Of a stretch of 64,000 nt of DNA, positions 1 through 11,676 are shown piece after piece. How positions within the stretch are numbered: the first letter of the stretch is position 1; every line of letters starts with the position of its first letter. The stretch comes from Amphiscolops sp. MND2022 (lineage: Eukaryota). Location of the stretch: assembly GCA_964187785.1 (NCBI GenBank), contig OZ076409.1, positions 80,044,001 to 80,108,000 on the forward strand. The letters run 5' to 3'. The position numbers and the translations under genes were made by a program. The notes below the pieces were generated by a model. It was not told where the DNA came from. It saw nothing but the letters and a program-made list of their open reading frames with translations, and searched no databases.

Positions 1-221
1 TCAACCGATTCTTTCAGGTAACATGATGTAACGGTTATCGTTTTAATTTCCAATTTTTCTACTTCGAATAAATTACTATGTGTAGTTGCTTGAAGTATTT
101 ACGAAATTTTGTATGTTTCTCAGTTCTTCAGGAATATTTTGGAACCTTCGTGGAATAAACTTCGTGTTGATTGTTCAGTTTCCTGCCGAAATGAGTAGAA
201 TCGAGAACTACAGTAAAACAT

Positions 222-762
222 AACAAGAGTGGAACATCTCAAGTCGGCGCTATACCTAAGGCTCAAAAACCGCAAAGCTTCTAAAATACGCTCAGGACGT
301 TTTTTTATGAAGAACTCACAAAAACGTTTCCAAGCACCCAAAGGGTACCTTCGTGCTCGGAAAACGCTTCAGAAGTTCAGATATAGCGTGCTGGAACACA
401 TGGGAGCTCTTTTGTCGAACATCGGCCTCTTCCTTAGTAAAAAAACAATTTACTGCGGATATAACGTCAAAGGTTTGGATAGTATTGAAAAACATGTATA
501 GGTGGAAATATGTTGAGAAAATCTAATTTCGGACAAAAATGAGAATTTTGAAATTGTCTCATAGTGCCGAAAAACGCAAAAGAGGGGACCCTTTGTGCTT
601 TTTATCAACAGAATAACCCAAACGAGATTGCTTTCTAGTAAGGTAGGAAGGCCTAAAGAAATTCTGCAAAAGGCGGACCATTCAGTGTGAGGTCTGTGGT
701 GTGATGAAAAAAGGTCACTGTAAGAATCGGGCATTTCTTGTTTCAATAAGCGCCGCCCTAAG
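222..762. mobile_element. Diverged copy of Helentron/DINE-1-like non-autonomous repeat, family 1
   Basis: Starts AACAAGAG...CAAGTCGGCGCTATACCTAAGGCTCAAAA like copies at 36661 and 38266; ends with degenerate GTCACTGTAAG...GCGCCGCCCTA terminus. Confidence 0.5.
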
Positions 763-1561
763 AAGACTATGGAAAAGCACTATTACGAACTCCTGCACCA
801 TCAAATAAATTATATTACACCTTAAAATAGATATATTTTTATATTGTTAATAGTCCAAGAAAAATCAAGCCGGAATCGACCCAAGCCTAATGTTGAAAAA
901 GAGCAAAATCTTTTAATTATGCTCAATTATGCTCAAGAAACTTCCAAAAACTCTCATCAAGTTCACAGTACCATAAAATTCCTAAAAGGGGCACCCTTGA
1001 GCTTTGAAAAAACCTAGAACTTGAAAAAGCACCCTAGAGCTCTTATTTCTTTTTACTGAAAACATTCTAAAAAACTCAATTTTTTGAGAGGAAAACTTTC
1101 CTTCGGAAAAAATTACCAGAAAAATTCATAGCCAAAAAACATAGCAAAGGGGCCCTTCTGGCTCACGAAACGTTTATTTTTAGCTAGAATTCAAAGGGCA
1201 TTCAGTTAATTTTAAGAAAGGGTGAAAGGAACTGTCATTTGCTAGTCTTGAAAAAAAAACCACTATTACATCTCGGGTTTTCTATCGAAAGCGCCGGCAA
1301 AAAAACAGAAGCTTGTTTCTCACGTCCGGTGCTGTTGACTGCCTTTTGAAAATACTGTATCCTGAAATTCACGCTTGATATAAGTCTCAATATTATGTTC
1401 ATGATTGCTTTTATTAATACCACACAGATTTCAGATTGCCAACAATTTCCTCGACAAAAGAAAAGCTCTAGAGGGGATCCATCAGGCTCGAAACATAACT
1501 CGATAACTCCGCAGGGACCGCACATTTTCTCGCCAAGATTAGCAACCATTTAGAAATATTA

Positions 1562-1635
1562 GTCCTGAGTAAGATTTGAACCCATCATCTCCCGGTTCGG
1601 AGGCAAGCACCCTAACCACTAATCCAAGTGACGGC
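1562..1635 (-). other. Degenerate tRNA-derived sequence (SINE head or tRNA pseudogene) within repeat DNA
   Basis: Minus strand has A-box-like TGGATTAGTGG and B-box-like GGTTCAAATC at tRNA spacing, but acceptor and anticodon stems pair poorly. Confidence 0.4.
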
Positions 1636-2034
1636 ATGAACAATTTCTGTTCAAAAAATGAACCCTTAAGTGTCAGTTTTGTGGTCTGACAAACAACATT
1701 GTAACCGTATGGTTCAGGTTTTTGGTACAGACAGTGGCGACTAAAAGGAAATGTTATTACTTCCTTTATCTTCTTTTGTATATCTCCACAATGTCAACTT
1801 TGTAGTGGCACATGAAAAAGATTTCAATTTCAAAAATACAAAATATCATGATTATAGTATACTTTCAACAAGAATTTGAAATGTCTTACTTAAAAAGGCT
1901 AAAAGGTCTATAAAAAATTATAACGCGGTATCTGACCATAAAGGATTAGTGATTCACAGTTCTATTGAAAACAAATTCAATATCTCAATTTGAAATTGAA
2001 TCTTGTATGAGCTAATTTTGTGATTCCATTCCAG

Positions 2035-5000
2035 GGTTATTCTTGCATTGGTACTGGCAGCCGTTGGAATGGGCCAAGCATCTGGAAGACTGCCAGACTT
2101 TGCCAAAGCCCAGATTGCGACAAAATCAATTCTGACGCTTCTTGGCATGGTACCAAAAATTGACAACTTGGACGAAGGTGGAAACCGATACTGGACGGAA
2201 TATGGAGAGAGAACGCGACATGGAACTGTGCACATAGAGTTCAAGGACGTTCACTTCCGGTACCCGTCTCGCCCAGACGCCAAGGTCATGAGTGGCTTCA
2301 GTCTCAAGGTCATGAAGGGCAAAACTGTGGCATTTGTGGGTCCCTCTGGTTGTGGCAAGTCTACCGTCATGCAACTCATACAGAGGTTCTACGATCCGGA
2401 ACAGGGAGAAATTGTTAGTGAAAACCGTATCAATTTCAAAATGTTATGCTTTAAAAAATGTAATCATTTCTTAAAAAATTATTGACTTTGAATCACTGGT
2501 TGACTTCCCTATAATTAACATATGAATCATACAATGCCTTATATGAAGCATGAATTAAGAATCCAGTGGAGCAATACAATGCAGTAGAGCAATAAAAATA
2601 GTGGAACAGAAAACTTTGTTTCTTTGAAAAGTATTTGAATATTTGAATTGATTTGGTCAGATAAATATTATAGTATGAACTAAAACACAAAACAAATTCA
2701 TATTTATTCATATGAGGACACATATCTGACCGGGACGCAGAAAGGAGCTTTACAGCTCTAGGGTGCCCCCAGTATGTTGCAACCATATTATTTCATGGAA
2801 GCATGTTTATCTCTATTATTGAATAAGGTCCTTTTATGCAAAACTTGTTTTCCTATTGCACACTTTTTATGTATAATGGTGACATCTACTGAATTAAAGC
2901 AAAAATTGATAAGAAGATTGGTTACTCCTTACTCGACTTTCATCAAAAAGTTGAGAATAACGTCAAAAATCACCTGCTTTCGGCCCATATAAATTTATTC
3001 AGATTTTCAATTTAAGCACAAACCTCACTAAACAGCGGGCATGTCTGTAAATAAATACCCAGCGATCTAAGACATGGTACGCTTGCCAAGAACCATGGTA
3101 AATCGCTAGCTAGCCTTGCCAAGATCTTACCATGATCTTACCAAGATCTTGCCAAGGATACCATGATTATGCAAGATCGTGCCAAGCGTACCATGTTTTA
3201 CCATGATCTTGGCACGGATGCCAAGATTAACCATGTTCTTGGCAAGGGTTCCATAGTAGCAAATCCGTTTTTTTCGTAACTCTTATTTTCTAATTCTATT
3301 AATTTTTATTGCACCGGTTTCTGTTGCATTCTCGAACTTCAGTAATTTCAATACGTTACCTCAATAGGTGAGGTATTAGCAAGGTTACCAAATCATAGCA
3401 AGAAAAGTTGGTTTTCACACCGATATCACAAACCCGCAAGTTGCAATAACTTGATTCGGAGCTTGCTTTGTATGATATTTATGATAGTAGTAACGATGCC
3501 GTGCTCTCAAGTAACAAAACTCGGTCAATAGGTGCAGCAAAATATTGAGAAGTTTTTTAAACTTTTCAGTTTGAAAAACTTTTTTCGATAAATAAAGGTT
3601 ATGTCCGAAGTTATTACAACGGATTTATTTAACTATAGTTAATGCTCACAGACAATGTTGATGCCCTAGTCTAAACTGCAGGAATTTTTTCGCATGCTGC
3701 AGGCCTGCATGCAGGGTAATTCTTCGTAAAGACCTAATGAATTCGGTAAACTTCTAGTGATAAATCTGTTAGGATTAGACTGCAGTTTCCACTATTGAAT
3801 TTAAAATTTAAAAAAATCACCTGTTTGGGTAGCCGAGGTGGAAATGACGTATTTTCCCGTTTCACCTTCAGCTGTTACAGCTGAAGGTCATGAGTTATTT
3901 GAAAATTTTCGAGTTTCCGGAAAAACTTTGAACGCGTTTTGAGACTTTCGGAAAACATACGATAGTTAGACAACTCAATGTTAAAAATCGAAAAAGCAAC
4001 ACAATTGACTCAATTAAAATACTTTTGATGACCTAAAATCCAGCTCATGCAAATTTGTGGGGCCAAAAAGTCGTTTATAGAAGTATTACTCCGCTCATCT
4101 TTCCGAATTCACATGACCGAATTCGGAGAAGTCTTTAATTTTCGCCGTTGTTTACGTTCTCTCACGATACACTTTCAGTGTAGTTAAAGTTGCAAACAAA
4201 CGAAAAGTTCAAAAACGATTAATTTCAAAGCCTGATTTTTTCATGATAACCTGTCAAACAAAAAAAAATCAGGAATAACCTCAACAATTGAGATATAATG
4301 CTTTTTTCTCATCGAAAAATATTATTTAAAACAAGTTTTATCCTGGTTCATTTTGAAAAATTACAGAAGCTCGACACGGGTTTGTTGTGAACTGTCTGTC
4401 GTAAAGTGGTTTGAAAAGATTTTGTTTTTAAAGTCAGTTCAATTCAGGTTCTCGTTTTATTTCATTATGGTCCGTACAATACAGTAAAATAATATTCAAA
4501 TTAATAGTTGACACCAGTTAAAATACAAGTCTATTATGTAAGAGTTTATTTGAGTTCTTTCACCGGTCATCGGTAACGCATATTGAAAGTTTCTATTCTT
4601 CGGTGTTATATAACCGAATCTCGGAGCCAATGAAATTGAAGTAGCTTCTTCGGTTACAAACGGTAGTTGTTTACCGAATAACAGCAAGTGACGATGACGT
4701 CACCACATCCCCTCTTTTAGTTGATTCATGCGAATCCTGCTTGATACTTCTGGGTTTGGGTTCGTAGTCGTTTCGGTCTATCATTGGTTACTGCGGTATG
4801 TTCTTCGGTCAGCACCGGACTTAAGTTATCAACGATACTAGTCTTCGGGGTGACTGGATCTTGAATAACATCATGTCCAATGTTCGGCTGAGGTTCCGCT
4901 TTCACTACGCTTGATGTTGGTAGCGGTGCGATTTGTCCGTCACTAGCCAAAATTGTTCGGTTGTTGTCATGAAGCCAGGCCGTGTTTCGTCCTTTCCGTA

Positions 5001-7835
5001 TAATGTAGGTCAGTTCTTTCGGCTCATGGTTTGAAGTGGGTTTGTACATCACTTTTTCACCAACTACATAAAATTTCCGTTTGTCTTCTTTCGTAATTGA
5101 CTGTTCCGCGCAAAGGAAACTGTTTCATTCGGTTCGTTCTGTTTATTCACAAACTGTACGGTTTGTTCACGCTGCTGAATAACCAACAAAATGTCGTCTA
5201 TTGTAGCGTCTGGGTTTTGTTGAAGATGTTCCAACACCTTTAATTTGTGTTCGGAATTTTGTAATCCAGCAATAAAACGTAACCGTATCATGTAAGCTTC
5301 CGGATCGGCGATAGTTTTCAAATTACCGAACTCGCAATATCGTGCTGCTTCCTTCAGACGTGCCAGAAAATCTCCCGATGATTCTCCATTCCTCTGGGTA
5401 ATAGCCACGAATTTTGTTTGTTCGGCAATAACAAGTCTTTTTCTAGGCTGCAGGTAATTTTCCAGTACCGTTTCAAATTCATTGAAAGCCATTGTTTCCA
5501 CTTTTGTCGGTGCAACAAGCGATTTGACTTTCATAAGACTTTCCACACCGCAACGGAAAAGAAATTGATCCGTTACTTGTAGATCGGCCGGTGTTGTTCC
5601 AGCTGCCGGTACATCTGCTTTCTTTTCGGCCCGACATCGCGCTTTGAATGCGTCTATCCAGGCTAGAGCAGCTTCGGGTTCGTGCAGATTGAGTTGCTTT
5701 TTTGTCTCGGTTGCTTGCATTTCAATATTTCCACCGAACGAACTGAATATAATCTTCTCCCTTTCAGTTGAAATGAAATAACGGTAAGAAATCTTCTGTT
5801 TCTTCAGCAATCAATTTTCAAATTTAAAGGAATTTCGATGGTCTGGACACCATTTGTCGTAAAGTGGTTTGAAAAGTTTTTGTTTTTAAAGTCAGTTCAA
5901 TTCGGGTTCTCGTTTTATTTCATTATGGTCCGTACAATACAGTAAAATAATATTCAAATTAATAGTTGACACCAGTTAAAATACAAGTCTATTATGTAAG
6001 AGTTTATTTGAGTTCTTTCACCGGTCATCGGTAACGCATATTGAAAGTTTCTATTCTTCGGTGTTATAAAACCGAATCTCGGAGCCAATGAAATTGAAGT
6101 AGCTTCTTCGGTTACAAACGGTAGTTGTTTACCGAATAACAGCAAGTGGCGATGACGTCACCACACTGTCTCGCTGGAAAACTATAAGGTCAGTTAGAAC
6201 TTTGAAAAGTCGTACAAGGACAAAAACTTTCCAAGGCAGGACTTTTAAGCGTGAAATATTGAAGTTTACTGGAAATATTCAAAATCGGAATTTTTGATTT
6301 TTTCATTTGAAGAACCTTCGGTCTACTGTCTAGAATTCCAAGCATTGAAAATTTTTTGGTTCAGTGCGAAAATCCGTATTAACCGCTAGGCCGAGTGTAC
6401 TTTCCAACTTTGGCAAAAAATTGGGAGGAAAACATCCCGTGTTAAAACTTGGATTTTTCTTTCTTTAAAAACGACAAATGAAACGTGTTACTGATAGTTT
6501 TGATTGTTACAGCAAATAGATGGCCACGATATCAAAACTCTGAACGTTCGTGAGTTGCGTCGTCACATGGCAATTGTGAGTCAAGAACCGTCTTTGTTCG
6601 ACGCATCAATTTATGACAACATCCGCTACGGGGCGCTAAACGACGATGGTGAGTATGACGAAAGCGTTACCGACCAAGACATAATGCAAGCAGCTGCTGA
6701 TGCAAATTTGGGAGAGTTTGTCCCTAAACTCCCTGCTGGGTATGAGACGAACGTGGGCGAGAAAGGAGCTCAGATATCTGGCGGGCAGAAACAAAGGATT
6801 GCTATCGCCCGAGCTCTCGTCAGGAATCCAAGCATTCTCATTCTTGACGAAGCCACGTCGGCTCTCGACACAGAAAGTGAAAAGGTTGGTAGAACTCTGA
6901 CAATTTTCCGGAAAATAATCTCTGAAATTTGTCAGGTTAGAATTCAATTAACTACCAAAAACCCGATTACGGTTAATACTAAAATCTGCTTTCAAAATTG
7001 TGTGTAGCCGAATAACTTTTTATTTTGCGCCCACATATAATGGGGGAGGAAAATCATAATCTGTGTTGCGTTTTTTTTGCAAATTGTGCCAAATCTCCAC
7101 GATCTCCATCCACTACTTGACTTTTTCTAAAATATTCAAGTAACTAAAATAGCTATAGCTGAACACCGTGGCTATATCCGAGCACCGTGGCTGAGCACCT
7201 CTAAATTTTTTCTACGAATTGCAATTGGCATATTAGGAATGGGGAAGATTTCTCAACAAAAATTCCGAATTCAAAAGTCACAGTACCAACAACAACTTCG
7301 TTTTAACAATTGCAGGAAATGCATGGAACTTTGAATTTTTCTTCGCTGGCAAATATCTGATTTAAAAGCTCTAAAAGTTACGCTGTGTTTCTTTGATCGA
7401 CACAAAACACCAAGCAGCAGAAAGTGATCAACATTAAAAATGAGAAGCAGCTGTCTTATTGTGCTAAAATTGTCATTTCGGAAACAATTTTTGTCAGAAA
7501 CACTTGAATTTTTAACATCAGCAATATTTGTGTTTGTACTGACAATCCAGGGCAATCCACCGATGGCCACCTATGAACAAAAGATTTCACTTGAAAAAAC
7601 TATTTCTGATATGATCTCGGTTGTGCAGGTCGTTCAACAAGCATTAGACTTTGCTCGACAAGGTCGCACGTGTCTGATGATAGCCCACAGACTGACCACA
7701 GTGCAGAATGCAGACGAGATAGTGGTGATGGAACACGGGGGACATATAGTCCAGAGAGGCACCCACGAACAACTTTTAAGGAACCCCCATGGTCTATACT
7801 TCAAACTATGCCAGGCCCAGAGCCTCTCCGCATAA
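2035..7835 (+). CDS. ABCB1/MDR (P-glycoprotein)-like transporter, paralog 1, last three exons (2035-2413, 6513-6884, 7629-7835); 5' part lies outside the window
   Basis: GT-AG exons join in frame: end of TMD2, Walker [11 protein letters not shown]-loop VSQEP, signature [13 protein letters not shown], Walker [14 protein letters not shown]-loop IAHRL, stop TAA at 7833-7835. Exon sizes 379/372/207 match paralog 2 (379/375/207). Confidence 0.93.
3058..3265. repeat. CAAGATCTT/CCATG-rich minisatellite-like repeat
   Basis: Repeated CCAAGATCTT(A/G)CC and CCATGAT units; same family at 28575-28716, 34674-34745 and 44489-44982. Confidence 0.7.
4726..5052 (-). pseudogene. Remnant of pol/integrase C-terminal tail
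   Basis: ORF ends just before the PPT with a basic tail [12 protein letters not shown] typical of gypsy integrase ends; no RT/RH/INT core present. Confidence 0.5.
5064..5720 (-). CDS. gag: Gag capsid-like protein (~218 aa, truncated before any zinc knuckle)
   Basis: ORF just downstream of [42 protein letters not shown] resembles the retrotransposon Gag capsid motif. Confidence 0.8.
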   Translation of the reverse strand: MQATETKKQLNLHEPEAALAWIDAFKARCRAEKKADVPAAGTTPADLQVTDQFLFRCGVESLMKVKSLVAPTKVETMAFNEFETVLENYLQPRKRLVIAEQTKFVAITQRNGESSGDFLARLKEAARYCEFGNLKTIADPEAYMIRLRFIAGLQNSEHKLKVLEHLQQNPDATIDDILLVIQQREQTVQFVNKQNEPNETVSFARNSQLRKKTNGNFM

Positions 7836-9448
7836 AAACACATTGAAAAAAAAACACAATCAAGATTGATCTAAAAACTGTTCCTTTCTGAAGTAATCAT
7901 GTTTGATCGATGCCCAAGGTCCGGTTCTTTTTTAAGAAACTTCTATGAATTGTTATTTTTTTGATTTGCTTCTGACAACTAATCATTGTCGTGGAATTTC
8001 CTACTTGTTATTAGATGTACTCCACGACAATCATGATAACCGGGGGAAAACTGTTTTTCTTCACGTATTCCGAGACAATCTGCAGACAGTTGTAGCAGAG
8101 TATATTGCAACCGGTAAAAACTTAAAAAAGAAACAGTTTTTAGAAAACGCGACTATTATGAAGATAAATTCTATTTTTTTCCAATCTGGTCGAAGGAACC
8201 AAAAAAAGTTCTTCAAAAGGTCCCAGTAAGTCTAGTAAGAGGTCCGAAGGACTCGAAGGGTCCTCCTTTTCGTTTTTGATATCTTCATTCGAACTACAGA
8301 GCCACATGTGTTTTTTGGGCATTGTGTGTTTTTTTTTCGGTTTTTTCCAAATTTTTGATGTCCTCGTCATGTTTCCCTTTGTAAAACTTATTCACGAACA
8401 GTTCCTAAGCGATTGCGCTTCTTGAGCCTTAAGCGGGACGTAAACCTGTGCTGTTTCCGACTTTTTAGTTCATGCTATGGTTGTAATTTTTAATCAATTG
8501 CCCATTCCACTAAATATGGCTGTAAAAGCTCCAAGAATTTTGCGGCATTGGTTGCTCGTTAGTTTTCGGGAATTTTCAGCATTGTGTATCTTTTAGCTTT
8601 TAATGAATTCTAGCGAGTTGTCAGTTATAATATTTCAAACAACAGAATTAGGTGCGTACATGACTCTTGATGTTTTCTGAAACTTTAGCCATAATTAAGA
8701 CTTCTTTCTACATTTGAGAGCTCTAATTTTTTTCATTTGTTCAATTTCAAATTGCGATTAAAGATTAATTGTGTTCAATTGTCGTCACGTGACCTAATTG
8801 ACGTTTACCCTTAAATGTCATATCATTTCAACGCTCCTAGATCATTTAAACAAAGTGCTTGAAAATCTTTACCTCACTAAAGACTAAATGTGTGGGCTAA
8901 AATGTTTTCGCTGTCCTATCTTCCGAATGAATATGTTTGAGATGTAACTCCGATTTATCCATGGGTATTGAATCCTTGAAAAAAATATCAAGTTTCTTTC
9001 TTGTAAACTAACCGTTTCTCATGTTTTTAATATCAAAAAAACTGCTATACGTTTTTAGTCCATCACGACTAGTGAACATATCTTGCTACCTTGTCTGTTT
9101 TTGATTACATATCTCTCCATTTTTCCTCATTTGGTGTTTGAATCTCTCCCAAAGCAAAGCATACTATATATAGATTTGATTTCAACATTGTGAGAGCTGA
9201 GCAAATGATGAATACAAATTCTGAAAAACCTGATAATTCAATAAATTTCTACATAAGTTTCAGAATGTTTGATCTTAAGCATAAACTGAAGTTTTCGCAA
9301 TTGATTTACTCAATGTGAAATTAACTTACATATTGTAAATGAAAAAAGACTTCCTCTTTGATTTTTTTTGGTATCAATTAAGAGTTTCCCAATTTTTCCA
9401 TTTGAAGTATTCAGATGAATTGTCTTACTTTTCAATCAAGTTGCCAGG

Positions 9449-9739
9449 CAGGGGTGTGCAATATTGTATGGCAATACTATTGACAAAAATTATTCGATAA
9501 AACGTTGGAAAACAATAATTTATTGAAATTGTTTTCAACACAACCAATAACATGTCAATGCACTGAATCAACATACAAAATCAGCAAAAACTTTCAAAGC
9601 TCAATAACCTTTACTGTATTGCAAAATATTGCGATTCGAGGTTTTCAGGGATTTTGTTGTTGCTTGAAGCCTACAATAAACTATTTATCATTAATTATTG
9701 ACAGGTAATTTTTCAACGATTATTTATTGAACACCTCTG
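9449..9739. mobile_element. Putative hAT-type MITE
   Basis: Terminal inverted repeats CAGGGGTGTGCAATA / CAGAGGTGTTCAATA (13/15); internal CAATATTG-like subterminal motifs; 8 bp flanks match only 5/8. Confidence 0.5.
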
Positions 9740-10749
9740 TGTCCATGTTTTTATAAACGTGCATAAAAGTTTTTATGTTGAGAAATCCGAGGTGCAGTTG
9801 GATTCAGAGCATAATTTTTGTTGCTTTATAGATAACCCTCATTCATTCACTTTTTGGATGTCATCCTTTGATTTGTTTTTACAAAATACAATTGCAGTAG
9901 TACATTATACAATTATAAAATACAATGAGTATTGTAGTTGTAACTAAATTACCAATTACTAATCATGATTACCATTAATTAAATAGTCCTAAATAAAAAA
10001 ACTTGTTGATCAACACTCGAGTGATTGGAACGTACCTTTTGCAGTAAAGACCAGTTAGATAATAAAGGTTCTTCAAAAACATCTTTTCTTTTTTTGCTAA
10101 TTATCATTTAAACCTTCAGAGCCACAAATATTTGATTAACGGTTCCATAAATTATAATTTACAGTAGTGATATTATTGAAAATAACATAAGGCAAATCTC
10201 AAGAACGGCAGTGATTCTTGAAAAATGATAAGAATAAAAGTTTCTTCGATTTTTGTCTAGTTTACAGACATGCTTGTTTGAAAATTATGCGATGAAAATC
10301 GCTAAAAATACGGTAGGCCATTTCCAGCCAAATTTATGTCAAAATTAAAGTGTTTCCCACTTTTGAACTCCTTCTGCTCAAAATTTGGAAAAAAAACTAT
10401 GTTCAATGGACCTCCTGATTTTACTGAAGCCCTTGGTATGTTTTGATTTAGAAATCATTCTTTGAAGATGAGAGAATTGACCTTATCAAAAACTTGCCCA
10501 CTACGATGTTTCGAATATGATTGACTCCGTTTTAGAGTGCAGATTCAAAAACAACACGTTAATTGAAACAACATCAAAGTAAATTCAAACTTTTTGGTGA
10601 GGCCTCTTGTAGAAAGTAACAATGTAACTATAGTAAAACCTATGGTTTATGCTTAGTGACAAAAACAAGGAACAGTTTCATAAAAGCATTGTTTCTGAAG
10701 CACGGGTTTATTTTCTAATAACGCAACTGTCAGATGCTCAAACCTTGCC

Positions 10750-11515
10750 TGGACTCAAGTTTTTCAATTCGACGGATCGGATTTTTCTCTTGACTCCCGA
10801 AACAGAATCAGAACACGAAAATGTAGTTGGTTGATGCAGTTTTCTTTGTTTTAAAAATATTGTTCAATTATATAGGCTTCGTGATAATTTCTGTTGCACC
10901 ATCTTGTTGTTCGTAGTTTGTACGAATGTGTCCATTATTAAGCTATCTGTTTGATCGCCAAAATTGCATTTGGTGGCCAACCTTGTCAATGTGTGCCGGA
11001 ACTACCTCAATGTTTCTTTTGCGGTTTGTTTTCTGGAGAAAGATATCTTTATAGCCTTCTGTTGCTCGCTTTTGGAATGCTTGTTCAGAAATCTCGTTTG
11101 TCTCTCGGATCAATATCCTTGCTATTTTTGTATGTGGGACCTTGTCCAATACACGTTTTCCTCCTGCCATGACCAGGGATAGAAAAAAAGGCAGTCACCA
11201 AAATTATTTCTGCCGCCTGTTCATTCAAGTTGCTGTTGAAAGCTGCTCCTCTCGGTTGTTGTTCTGATACATCTCGTAGTACTTCGTTAACCGAGTAGAG
11301 TAATTTGCATTGACAGCGACTATAAAAAGGTCCCACCATTCCTGCAATTCTGTTTTAGGAGCTGTCTCCGCCGAATCCCAGAATATTTGCAACCCCGCTA
11401 ACTGTTGACGGGCGGCTGATCGTCGACTGTTGACAAATCTCGCAGCGCCACGTTGAAGTTGATGATAACGCAATAGGGAACATTTTGTAGTGTAACCGAC
11501 TCTACTGTAATTCAC
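10750..11515 (-). pseudogene. Decayed gypsy-type gag relic
   Basis: Overlapping broken ORFs 11225-11515, 11085-11339 and 10943-11170 (FWDSAETAPKTELQEWWDLFIVAVNA...) read like a frameshifted gag N-terminus; no LTR pair recognised. Confidence 0.45.
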
Positions 11516-11676
11516 TAATAGACTCTGCGGTAAATGATTTTTTCTTGAGTCTTGTCGACGACTACGGCTTAGTTAGTCAACAACCTGTTAGTTTTGTTTT
11601 CTCACACTTCAGTGAGGTTGAATAGCAATGGCGGCAAGTGTTCTGCCACATTATTTAAATTATCTAGATTTAGATG

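Larger units (their letters stand above)
4397..6165 (-). mobile_element. 1.77 kb non-autonomous gag-only LTR retroelement (internally deleted Ty3/gypsy) in an ABCB paralog 1 intron
   Basis: 311 bp LTRs 4397-4707 and 5855-6165 (TG...CA, about 4 differences); TSD CTGTC at 4392-4396 and 6166-6170; minus-strand PBS TGGTGTCCAGACC starting at 5852; PPT AAAAGAGGGGA (4708-4718) abutting the 3' LTR. Confidence 0.95.

Noticed and set aside
4496..4687. 63 aa ORF repeated at 5954-6145 (and 67 aa ORFs at 12794 and 27174)
   Set aside because: Duplicated only because they lie in LTRs; no coding signal.
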